Below the pieces are notes generated by a model. It was not told the DNA's origin. It saw only the letters and a list, made by a program, of their open reading frames with translations, and searched no databases. Below, piece after piece: positions 8,549 through 18,769 of a stretch of DNA of 22,160 nt. Source of the DNA: Octopus sinensis (Eukaryota); assembly GCF_006345805.1 (NCBI RefSeq), contig NW_021837008.1, positions 1-22,160 of the forward strand, read 5' to 3'. The position numbers were made by a program, and so were the translations under genes. The stretch's first letter is position 1, and every line of letters starts with the position of its first letter.

Positions 8549-8575
8549 GCCACACAATTTTATGCACCAACCATA
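8549..8575. mobile_element. Orphan mariner-type TIR
   Basis: GCCACACAATTTTATGCACCAACCATA is a near reverse complement of 8617-8642. Confidence 0.7.
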
Positions 8576-8616
<41 letters not shown>

Positions 8617-8622
<6 letters not shown>

Positions 8623-8855
8623 TGGTGCATAATTATTGTGGCTTTTTTTCAACAAATTCTATTGACCAATATTTAACAAAAACATCTTAAATGACGGTCT
8701 GACCGCCTGCCAAGCAAACGGGAATCAGTAATTGAAGTAGATGGTGAATATGCTCCAGAATAATCATTTAAAGATGTTTTTGTTACATGTTGCTATTGCT
8801 TTTGTTGAATAAAATTTGTTGAAGAAGGCTGCAATAATTATGCACCAACCCAATA
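8617..8855 (+). mobile_element. Tc1/mariner internal-deletion derivative (MITE-like) in a (TA)n context
   Basis: Imperfect TIRs (GGCTGGTGCATAATTATTGTGGC... / ...GCTGCAATAATTATGCACCAACCCAATA) with a subterminal inverted match AACAAAAACATCT..AAATGA. The interior 8701-8763 encodes DRLPSKRESVIEVDGEYAPE*, the typical mariner transposase C-terminus (LP.RW..VI...G.Y). Confidence 0.85.
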
Positions 8856-8889
8856 TATATTCATATATATATATAAATATATATATACC

Positions 8890-8894
8890 AGAGA

Positions 8895-8940
<46 letters not shown>

Positions 8941-8982
8941 GAACAAGAGAGGGAGATAAAGAGAAAGAATAGAGAGGGATAG
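8890..8982. repeat. (GA)n microsatellite
   Basis: Direct reading. Confidence 0.9.
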
Positions 8983-9074
8983 AGTGTGCATCGGAATTAT
9001 AAAGACGAAACTTACTTGAAAATGTATACGTGGCGTTCAATCATATAATAATATAAATAATATATTAATATATT

Positions 9075-9375
9075 ATTCCTTTGCGGGAAAGACTGTTTTA
9101 AGGAAGTCACGTCTTGTCCCAACCTTCGAAACGCGGCGTCGATAAAACTGGGGACAACTGATGAAAGTATTGTTCTTTATGTTGTCCCGTTTCTCGATTT
9201 ATTTCTTTCGTTGTTCGAAAAAAAGTTCGTTTTCTATGTTATTGTTTTTTATGTTCTCGTTTCTCATTTTGTTGACGTTTTTATGATGTTTTGTACCCAT
9301 ATATGCATGTATATATACATATCTATGTAGGTATATACATATGTATGTATATATGCATATATTTATATTTATTTA
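9075..9375 (+). mobile_element. Dispersed repeat, probably a Penelope-like element terminus
   Basis: 9181-9370 is homologous to 11821-12010 (TTTCTCATT.TGT...TGTACCCATATATGCATGTATATATACAT). Contains GAAACGCGGCGTC (9128-9140) and CTGATGA (9158-9164), the two halves of a hammerhead core. The Penelope assignment is inference. Confidence 0.55.
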
Positions 9376-9401
9376 TATTATATATATATATATATATATA
9401 T

Positions 9402-9441
<40 letters not shown>

Positions 9442-9524
9442 TAGATAGATATAGATAGATACACCCACACACAGATAATATATATATGTATATGTATATA
9501 TATATTATATATAATATGTATATG

Positions 9525-9558
<34 letters not shown>

Positions 9559-9560
9559 CT

Positions 9561-9619
<59 letters not shown>

Positions 9620-9720
9620 TATATTACGAAGGATTCTCCGTCGAAGATAACGTATAAGCCTTCAGCTTATGTGCCGCACATTAGATCACTCTCTTCATCA
9701 AATCTACGTTGTTTCTACCT

Positions 9721-9800
9721 CCGAAATAGTAGTATTTCGGTATACTGGGTGAAATTTATTGATTTTATTAAATTAATTATATTTCACCCTTTATCTGTAT
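9721..9800 (+). repeat. Short repeat with hairpins, copy 1 (copy 2 at 10273-10340)
   Basis: Hairpin CCGAAATA-GTAG-TATTTCGG (9721-9740), then GGGTGAAAT...ATTTCACCC (9747-9789); ~50 nt almost identical to 10290-10340. Confidence 0.85.
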
Positions 9801-9996
9801 TGAAATACTTTTACTCCCTTACAACAAAACTACAGTACTGTTTTGTGACACACGTGGTAGGATTTTGGATGGAGATACGAATTCGCTTGTAGACTTTTGT
9901 AGACGAATTGCTAGTAGACTTTTGTATCTTTCGATGTCGCTTGGTCGAATATATAAAAGGTAAGTTTTTCCTAGCATTTCTAGATTTATGGGAAAT

Positions 9997-10054
9997 ATTA
10001 TGTTGATAAGGAAATGAACTTTACGATTCTAATCCAGAAACGTGCGTCCATAAT
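9997..10054 (+). ncRNA. Degenerate minimal type-I hammerhead ribozyme (Penelope-type), probably inactive
   Basis: Stem I ATTATG/CATAAT (9997-10002/10049-10054); core TTGATAA where CTGATGA is expected; stem II GGA..TCC; GAAAC-GTGC-GTC (10037-10048) with a 2-bp stem III and GUC cleavage triplet. Confidence 0.5.
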
Positions 10055-10272
10055 TAATCCGGAGACTGTGTTGTTTCGTTGTTTTTCTTCTTCTTTTGCC
10101 ATATGTGAGTTACAAATATTGTTGTTTGTGGAGACATATTTTTGTAGTAAAAGGAAATAGTTGTCTTTTGGCTGCTATTTCTAAAATTTTCGGTATGTGG
10201 TTTAAGCAACTTGTGCAAAACCCCTTATTATTATAATTATTAAATTTTTTAATACGACTATGGTCCTTTTCC

Positions 10273-10334
10273 ATACCGAAATACTACTAGGTGAAATTTA
10301 TTGATTTTATTAATTAATTATATTTCACCGTTTA

Positions 10335-10340
<6 letters not shown>
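10273..10340 (+). repeat. Short repeat, copy 2 (first 17 nt inverted relative to copy 1)
   Basis: ATACCGAAATACTACTA (10273-10289) is the exact reverse complement of 9727-9743; the remainder is a direct repeat of 9748-9799. Confidence 0.85.
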
Positions 10341-10375
<35 letters not shown>

Positions 10376-11538
10376 ATATATATATACTACAGTAGGAAGT
10401 GTGTAAGACAGTCTAGGGGTAGAGGGTGATGGGTAACGAAGCCCAAATGTTCTGCCTTTCTCCACCCCATCATATTTCTCTCTTAGGCTATCTCTTCATC
10501 TCTTTTTCTAAATTTTGTAGGGACACAACAGTGCTGCAACGTCGGAAATGTCTACGTTTATGTGTTTGTGTGTGTGTGTGTGTATGTGTGTGTATACCTA
10601 CCTGTCTATCTGTCTGTTAGTCTATCTATCGATATACATACACACAATAACGTATGTGTTTACAACACAGACACACACACACGCACGCACACTCATATAT
10701 ATCTATGTATGTGTGTATAGTATAGATAGATAAATAGACAAGTAGACAGACAGACAGGCGGATAGATAGATAGATAGTTATATGCATTATGTATATACGT
10801 ATGTACGTGTGTATATATATATGTGTGGTGTATGCATATATTATATATACGCATGCACACATAGGTACGTATGCATATATAAATATATATATATGCGGGT
10901 ATACATATATGTTTGTATATATATATATAATATATATGCATGCGGGTATATATATATATATATATATATATATCCCCAGATACATATATGTATGTGGGAT
11001 TGAGAGCGTTGTCTAACTCTTTCAAAACGCGTGAGAGCATCTTGCTACACGAAAAGAGAGGTTTGCTGTAAGCATTGAATAAACAAATTCTTGCTAAACA
11101 AACCGTGATGTGTCGGAAGGAAAACACGCCAAACGAAATGAAGTCTGAGAGATCGATTCCTGAAATGAAATTGCATATTATCTAACTTAATCTAGATTTT
11201 CCATTTAATTTAGCTTAGCTGGTAGACAAGTGTGTCATGTATTTGAAAGAGAGCGCAACAAAGACTTATTAGGAAGCGGAGACAAGGAAGGAAAAGAACG
11301 AAAATAGTAGTAGTAGTGGTAGTGGTAGTAGTAGTAGTAGAGGAAAGAGAAACAGATATCAATGAAGGAGATTTTTAGCTTCTTGTAAATAGAAAAATGG
11401 AGGAAGAAAAGCAGATCAAAATAAAAAGAATAAAACTGAAAAAAAAAAAACATTGAAGCATAGAATAGTATTTGTTTTTATTTTTATTTTATATTCTGTC
11501 TTTGTGTGCCTGTCGGTGTATCCAGCTCTTAACCATTG

Positions 11539-11665
11539 TGCTAGGTTCGTTTCCTAATCACATGGTGCCGGATTCACCTTGGGCAAATGTCTTCTGCTAT
11601 AGTCTCGAGCCGACCAAAGCCTCACGAGTGAATTTGTTGGACGGAAACTGAAAGAAGCCTATCAT
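11539..11665 (+). mobile_element. Family-C SINE 5' part (diverged)
   Basis: CACATGGTGCCGG..CACCTTGGGCAAATGTCTTCTGCTATAG..GACCAAAGCC..GACGGAAACTGAAAGAAGCC matches the other family-C copies. Confidence 0.8.
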
Positions 11666-11688
11666 ACACACACCCACATAGACATAGT

Positions 11689-11731
<43 letters not shown>

Positions 11732-11738
11732 TAGTAAC

Positions 11739-12011
11739 TAAACAAAACATATGCATATATACATACATATATGTACGTGCCTACCTCTACATGTATATAT
11801 ACATGCGGAAATTTTCCTTGTTTTGTATGTCCTGTACTCTATTTTTTCGTTGTTTAACAAAAATGTCCATTTCCTTGTTTTTGTGTTTATGTTTTCGTTT
11901 CTCATTGTGTTCGCGACTTTTTTGGTGTCCTGTACCCATATATGCATGTATATATACATGTAGATGTAGGTACGTACATATATGTATGTATATATGCATA
12001 TGTTTTATTTA
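11739..12011. mobile_element. Fold-back copy of the 9075-9375 repeat family: 68-bp inverted arms around a 137-bp spacer
   Basis: 11739-11806 is the reverse complement of 11944-12011 with 3 mismatches. Confidence 0.85.
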
Positions 12012-12127
12012 TTAATTTGTTATTATATGACGGAACGCACGCATCCATTTCTAAGTAAGATTGTTCTTAATATATATATATTTATATACATATGTGTGTG
12101 TATATGTGTGTGTATGTGTGCGTGTGT

Positions 12128-12438
12128 GGAGGCGTAATGGCCCAGTAGTTAGGGCAGCAGACTGGCGATCATGGGTTCGCACTTTCAATTCCCAGACTGG
12201 GCGGTTTGATTGTTTATTGAGCGAAAACACCGTAAACCCCAGGAGGATTCCGGCAGAGGGTGTTGGCGATACCTGGTGCACTCTTTCATCACAACTTTCT
12301 CTCACACTTTCCCCCTGTTTCTGTTGTACCTGTATTTCAAAGGGCCAGCCTTGTCGCACGCTGTGTCACGCTGAATCTCCCCGTGAACTAAGTGGATTGA
12401 TCAGATCAACTGGAACCCTCCTAATCGACGAAGTGCCA
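12128..12438 (+). mobile_element. Family-B tRNA-derived SINE (internally deleted)
   Basis: Head GGAGGCGTAATGGCCCAGTAGTTAGGGCAGCAGACT (A-box TGGCCCAGTAG); the 3' module TATTTCAAAGGGCCAGCCTTGTC...GATCAACTGGAACCCTC...GTGCC is shared with 14836-15010. Confidence 0.85.
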
Positions 12439-12445
12439 CGATACA

Positions 12446-12858
12446 CTTTACTCTTTACTCTTTTACTCTTTTACTTGTTTCAGCCATTTGACTATGGCCA
12501 TGTGGGAGCACGGCCTTTAGTCGAGCAAAGCGACCCCAGGACTTATTCTTTGTAAGCTTAGTACTTATTCTATCGTACTCTTTTGCCGAACCGCTAAGTT
12601 ACGGGATCGTAAATGCACTAGCATCGGTTGTCAACTTATGGGGGGGGGACAAACATAGACACACAAGCACATACACACACATACATATATATATAAATAT
12701 ATACGAAGAGCTTCTTTCAGTTTCCCTCTACTAAATTAACTCACAAGTCTTTGATCGGGCCGAGGCTATAGCAGAAGACACTTGCCAAAGATGCCACGTA
12801 TTGGGACTGAACCCGGAATCATATGTTTCGTAAGGAAGCTACTTATCACACAACCACT

Positions 12859-12861
<3 letters not shown>
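12446..12861 (-). mobile_element. Full-length family-C tRNA-derived SINE
   Basis: Minus-strand head AGGAGTGGTTGTGTGATAAGTAGC...GGGTTCAGTCCC; internal TA/CA tract; 3' (GAGTAAAA)n tail. Joined tail-to-tail with the family-B copy. Confidence 0.9.
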
Positions 12862-12897
<36 letters not shown>

Positions 12898-12899
12898 TA

Positions 12900-12945
<46 letters not shown>

Positions 12946-13005
12946 TCAATATACATTCTAAAAGTAAATAGACACTCGTTTTTTTGTTTTTCTAAACAAA
13001 TAATC

Positions 13006-13423
13006 CTTTCTACGAAAGGCACAAGACCTGAGATATAACGGGGGGGGGGGAGATAGTAGATTACATCGACCCCAGTACGAAACTGGTAATTATTTTTCGA
13101 TCGCTAAATAATGAAAAGCAAAGTCAACCTCGGCAGAATTCGACCTCAGGACGTAAAGACGGGCGAAATACCTATTTCTTTACTGTCCCCAAGGGGCTAA
13201 ACGTAGAGAAGACAAACAAGGACAGATAAACGGACAAACAAGGACAGACAAGGGATTAAGTCGATTATATCGACCCCAGTGCGTAACTGGTACTTGATTT
13301 ATCGACCCCGAAAGGATGAAAGGCAAAGTTGAGCTCGGCGGAATTTGAACTCAGAACATAGCAGCAGATAAAATACCGCTAAGTATTTCGCTCGGCATGC
13401 TAACGTTTTCACCAGCTCGCCGC
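13006..13423 (-). mobile_element. Composite family-A SINE, second example
   Basis: Headed unit (GCGGCGAGCTGG...) ending GTAAAGAAATA, fused at 13172/13173 to a headless unit starting GGTATTTCG. Confidence 0.9.
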
Positions 13424-13460
13424 ATCAGAAACAGAATACTAATATTTGATGCACTTAAAT

Positions 13461-13692
13461 CAGGGGTCGGCAAATCGGGGTAAGTTACCCAACGTTGATA
13501 GAAATGAAATTCCTCGCGGGTAATGAGAGCTTGTTAGACAAAACTAAAATTATATAAAGAAACGTATTCCTTTAATAAAACATTTGAATTCAAAGATTCT
13601 ACGATTTTTTCTTCCCTTCAAATCAAGGGGGTAACGTAGTTGTAAATAAATATATTTTGGGGTAATTTTTAAAAAATGTTCCCCGATCCCTG
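13461..13692. mobile_element. hAT-type MITE (232 bp)
   Basis: TIRs CAGGGGTCGG / CCGATCCCTG (9/10 match); 8-bp TSD ACTTAAAT (13453-13460) vs ATTTAAAT (13693-13700), 7/8; repeated internal GGGTAA motifs. Confidence 0.8.
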
Positions 13693-13706
13693 ATTTAAAT
13701 ACTCCA

Positions 13707-13921
13707 CCCATTAGCATTCAGATTACTTTGTTAAATGTGGGGCTTAATTAGTCCTCATTGTTTCGAATTAATCCTTGCAATAATTGAGAACTTAAGGGTC
13801 TCAGTCATGTGTATATTTATTTCTAGAATGACATTGTAGGTGAGGTTGGAAAGGCTGGATCTAGCCTGTATGAACATAAAGCAGATATTGGCAGGATATG
13901 GCCAATTTAAATGTTAAAGGG
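13707..13921. mobile_element. piggyBac-type MITE (215 bp), old
   Basis: TIRs CCCATTAGCATT / AATGTTAAAGGG (10/12); right flank TCAA looks like a degenerate TTAA; left TTAA not preserved. Confidence 0.65.
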
Positions 13922-14045
13922 TCAACCTAGAAGTTAGCAGGTATGCCTTGTGCATCCTTTAGGAATTTCAGCCATTTTAGCGTCTTACTCATGAGTAGTG
14001 TCCGTATTTAAAACAGTATAATGAAACGACGACATATATATTTAT

Positions 14046-14078
<33 letters not shown>

Positions 14079-14112
14079 CTGTATGTTGTATGTATTATAT
14101 GTATGTATGTAC

Positions 14113-14169
<57 letters not shown>

Positions 14170-14580
14170 AATATATATATTAATATCTGTAATGTGTGTG
14201 TGTGTCTGTGCGTGTGCGTATGTAACACACCACGCACACATATATATATACATATACATATATATAAATATATATATGTACATATATGCTACATATATAT
14301 ATATGCTACATATATATATATAAGTGTATGTATATATATGTATATATAGACATATACACATATATATTTATACATACATATCGAAGACATTTGTCGTTGA
14401 CTCATCTCTTCCTGTGTACTTAACCTTCAAGTCTAAGACTTGAGCCATTTTATAGATTCGTAAACACACACACACACACACATGACAATTATACAATAAC
14501 TGTGGATTACATCAGGTAGCCTAAACGGTGAAAGTGCTTTAATCGTCATACTACTAACATACTACCCATGGTCCAAATAG

Positions 14581-14708
14581 ATAAGGAGAGAGGGGCTGGA
14601 GTGGAGAGGGGAAAAGAGGAGGGAGAGTGAGAGAGAGAGAGAGCGAGAGAGAGAGAGTGAGAGAGAGAGAGAGGGCGAGAGAGAGAGAGTGAGAGAGAGA
14701 GAGAGAGA
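14581..14708. repeat. (GA)n-rich polypurine tract
   Basis: Direct reading. Confidence 0.9.
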
Positions 14709-14835
14709 CAAGAAGAGCTCCTCGCACATGGAAATAAATATGCACCAATATATATTGGTATATACACGTGTTGATATATTCGCACGTGTGTATTTCTCTG
14801 TGGATGTGTTTATGCATATGTGCATTTATATAGGA

Positions 14836-15132
14836 GCACTCCGTCGGTTACGACGACGAGGGGCCAAGCTGATCCAATCAATGGAACGGCCTGCTCGTGA
14901 AATTACCGTGCAAGTGGCTGAGTATTCCACAGACACATGTACCCATAACGTAGTTCTCGGGGAGATTCAGCGTGACAGTGAGTGACAAGGCTGGCCCTTT
15001 GAAATACTGGTACTCCTCTTAATTTTGGCAGCTGAGTGGACTGGGGCAACGTGAAATAAAGTGTCTTGCTCAAGGACACAGCACGCCGCCGGGGATTGAA
15101 CTCACGAATTCCATAACCACTAAGCCATGCAC
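14836..15132 (-). mobile_element. Family-B-related SINE with a different 5' head/core
   Basis: 3' module shared with 12128-12438. The 5' part reads GCATGGCTTAGTGGTTA..GAGTTCAATCCCCGGCGGCG..GTGTCCTTGAGCAAGACACTTTATTTCAC..CCAGTCCACTCAGCTG (A- and B-box-like sequences plus a common SINE core). Confidence 0.85.
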
Positions 15133-15320
15133 TTTCATACATTTACATATGTATGTATATGTTTTTATAAATGCATATATATTTAGAGAGCTTGATTGCT
15201 AGATAAACAGATACACACATAGATATGTGTAAATGTCTCCGTAGATTCATAGATATATATGTACATAGAGAAGTATGTAGATAGATAGAAAAAGAGGTAG
15301 ATAGATAGCTAGGTAGATAT

Positions 15321-16216
15321 GTTTCTTTATTAACCACACAGGGCTGCACACAGACGCGACAGATTACAAAGTAAAGCTTTTCTTTTTTGGGGAAAAAAAA
15401 GGGTCGGGTAGATTTTGGATCAAAAGGGATCGGAAAAGGGAAAGAAGAAAAAAAAGGAGAAGAAAAAAAGAAAAGAAAAGAAAAAAATGATCAATAGGGA
15501 TCGTGTATCACAGTGTCATGATTTAAGGTGTAAAGGGGGAAGCAGATTAGGTTTATCCGTGGGATGAAAAGCCTACGGAAAAACCACGGTAACCACGGTC
15601 AATATTGTTACATGTTACCACATTTGTTTGCAAGTAGGTAACCCTCTGTTTTAAATTTCCGGGTTCATAGGATTGTGCTCAAGGTGGCTTCGTCATTCAT
15701 GCGTGCCATCCTTGCTACATTCACCTATCTTTTTTTGAAGTATTCGCTAGACAAAACTTGCCTCTCTACTCTCACTTTCCTTTTCAAGTGATACTTGAAG
15801 AAGTTGATGAGAGATTGACCTGAGAGGAAAGTGTTAGTCTCCAATCCTTTCAGACGCGTCCACCAGATACATTCTTTCCCCATAGCCACAAGGGTGATGA
15901 AAATAGCTCTTCCTTCCCGTTTGAAGGAAGGAGGCGTGACAATATTCACGATAGACTCGGCTGATAAACCGACTCGTCCTACACGTGACAGCAGTTATTC
16001 AACATAAGCCCACAGGTCGGAAATTGTTGGACACTGCACGAGTGCGTGCAGAACGGTTTCGTCGCTCTGCCCGCATCTCGGGCATGTCGGCCCCGTGTTT
16101 CTCGAGCTGTGTCAATAGAGATTATCCCGAACGGGTAGCGCTTCTCGGTAGCACTGCCAGGCCAGGGATCTCTGGAAGTTGTCCATGGGCCCTGGCCCGA
16201 AAGTCGTCCTGAAGAG
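15321..16216 (-). mobile_element. 5'-truncated Tx1/L1-clade non-LTR retrotransposon
   Basis: ORF2 C-terminal remnant, ~340-nt 3' UTR with a U-rich tract, AATAAA at 15331>15326, and GATA/TATC repeats on both flanks. Confidence 0.88.
15665..16213 (-). pseudogene. LINE ORF2 C-terminus with zf-RVT (CCHC) zinc knuckle; three premature stops, no frameshift
   Basis: FRTTFGPGPMDNFQRSLAWQCYREALPVRDNLY*HSSRNTGPTCPRCGQSDETVLHALVQCPTISDLWAYVE*LLSRVGRVGLSAESIVNIVTPPSFKREGRAIFITLVAMGKECIWWTRLKG...KKR*VNVARMARMNDEATLSTIL*. CPRC at 16073-16084; stops at 16112-16114, 15995-15997 and 15725-15727, each one transition from CGA/CAA/TGG. Confidence 0.9.
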
Positions 16217-16327
<111 letters not shown>

Positions 16328-16735
16328 AGGTGAGGAATAGGAGTGTATTTAAACCTTCCAAACCGAACATAGAAAAATACAGGAGAACAACACAGGAAGC
16401 AGAGACAACAGAAGTATGACCGAAAACAACAAGAATGGTGTTGATTGATCGGCTTCCTTTCTCGCAGCACTTTCTTGTTATAATGTCGGCTGCGCTTGTT
16501 CCTAGCAAACAATCTAACGGAACTCAGAATGGCTGGGATGACCTCGTAAAGAGTTTCGTTAATGTACCAACATAAGAACCGCTAACTTACCTTACCCATC
16601 CATAACACCGTTTTTTAGTAACGCGCACGCGCACACACTCACACACGCACACACCACACACACACACACACATATATATATTTGTGTGACAGCCATAAAA
16701 AAATAGGGAGATGAATAGATAAATAAATATATACG

Positions 16736-17130
16736 CTCTTTTACTTGTTTCAATCATTTGACTGCGGCCATGCTGGAGCACCGGCTTTAGTCGAAGAAAG
16801 CGACCCTAGGACTTACTATTTGTAAGCCTGGTACTTATTCTCCTGGTCCCTTTTGCCGAATCACTAAGTGTCGGGCACATAAACACACCAACATCGGTTG
16901 TCAAGCGATGGTTGGGGGGGACAAACAAGAAGCACACACGCATAAATATATATACATATATGCATATACACGACGGGTTTCTTTCAGTTTCCGTCTACCA
17001 AATCCACTGACAAGGCTTTGGTCAGCCCGAGGTTATATTAGAAGACTGTTGCCCAAGTTGCCACCCAGTAGGACTGAACCAGGAACCATGTGTTTGGGAA
17101 GAAAATTTCTTACCACACAACCACGCGTGC
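16736..17130 (-). mobile_element. Full-length family-C SINE
   Basis: Collinear with 12446-12861 (TTTACTTGTTTCAATCATTTGACTGCGGCCATGCTGGAGCAC ... GGACTGAACC.GGAACCATGTG..TGG...TACCACACA.CCAC). Confidence 0.9.
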
Positions 17131-17602
17131 GCTATTAAAGACAAAAGAAAAACAAAAAACAAAAAAGTCTCATTACTTCGGAGTTCAAATCCAAAGCGAG
17201 GACCAGATAAGATTTTTTTTTCCCCCATTGTTTGGAAATGATAAAATAATGAAACGTACGACCGCGAGGTCAATCCAAATGGCTGTGACACACTGACAGC
17301 CACGCGCCTGAACAGAAATATGTGAAGGTAGTATGTGTATATATATGTGTGTGTGTGTGTGTGGAATCAATATAATTCATTTGAATATCAGCAAAAGATT
17401 CATCGACTGTCTCTACGAGATTAGAAAGTGGACGGTTTTAATGTCAGTGATATATATATATATATATATACACACATACATATATATATATATATGTATA
17501 CATATAATAGATAGTTATACATATATATATATATATGTACGCATGTATACAAACACATGCATGCATTCATACACATATACGCATATACACACATGTATAC
17601 AT

Positions 17603-17637
<35 letters not shown>

Positions 17638-17879
17638 ATATATATATAGTATATGTGTGTGTGTGTGTGTGTGTGTATGTGTGTATGTATATATATCATG
17701 GTTAAGTTGATTATTTTTCGAGATAGAACTGAGGAAATGACTTCCTTAACTCCTCATCAAAGACCTGGAACTGGTTATTTGGATTCGGTGGAAAGAAGGA
17801 AACGGCGGCAATGATTTAAAGGTGAAACAGTTCTTTAGTAACAACCAACGATAGCTGATGTATATATATAAAGGTTCAG

Positions 17880-18685
17880 TTGATGGCCGTAGTGGTATGA
17901 GTGGTGGTGGTACTTATGATAAAGACGGTGGTAGTGATGATGTAGTTTGTGGGAGTGGCGGCGGTGGTAGTGAAGGTGTAGTTTGTGGTAGTGGTGGTGG
18001 TAGTTGTGGTTGTGGTGGTAGTGATGGTGGCGATGGTTTAGTTTGTGGTATTAGTGTTGGTGGTGATGATGGTGATGGGTGGGTGGTGGTGGTGGAGGTG
18101 GTAGTGCTGGTGGTGGAGGTTGTGGTGGTGTGTGATAGTAATAGTGGTGGCGCTGATAGTGGTGGTGGTGGTTGTGGTGGTGGTGGTGGTGATAGTGGTT
18201 GTAGTGATGGCGGTACTGGTTGTGGTTACAGTGGTGGTGGTGATGGTGGTGACGGTGGTGGTGATGGTATAATTTGTGTTAGTGGTGGCCACCGTGACTT
18301 CGGCAGTAGTGGTGGCGGTGGTTTCAATAGTGACAATTGTAGCATTGGAAGCGGTGGAAGTGGTGGTTGTTGTTGCTGCTCTCGTAGTGGTGGTGGCGAC
18401 AGCAGTAATGGTTGTGGTGTTGGTTGTATCAATTAGTTGTCCTGTGGTTTCAGCAGTGGTAGATGGGTTGATATTATAGGATAGTATAGGACATGGTACT
18501 AGTATGGTGCTGATAGTGGTAGCAGTGATAGTGCTGACTGTGGTAATGTAAAGATAATGTTGAGTTTGTAGTCACAGTAGCAGCAGCAGCAGTATTAGTA
18601 GTAGTAGCAGTAGTAGTAGTAGTAGTATAGTAGTAGTAGTAGTAGCAGTAGTAGTAGTAGTAATAGTAGTAGTAATAGTAGTAGT

Positions 18686-18769
<84 letters not shown>

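Noticed and set aside
9340-9625. Irregular interruptions in long (TA)n tracts
   Set aside because: Could be real mutations or long-read consensus errors; cannot be distinguished without reads.
12061-12555. 164-aa ORF
   Set aside because: Made of a TG repeat plus two SINE copies; such ORFs are a typical source of spurious gene models.
17714-17815. Short frame DRTEEMTSLTPHQRPGTGYLDSVERRKRRQ* after TTTTTCGAG
   Set aside because: Weak GAG acceptor, short, no homology recognised.
17858-18436. 192-aa Gly/Ser/Cys-rich ORF resembling a structural protein
   Set aside because: Entirely within a GGT/AGT microsatellite mosaic that is open in several frames on both strands; no signal peptide or splice support.
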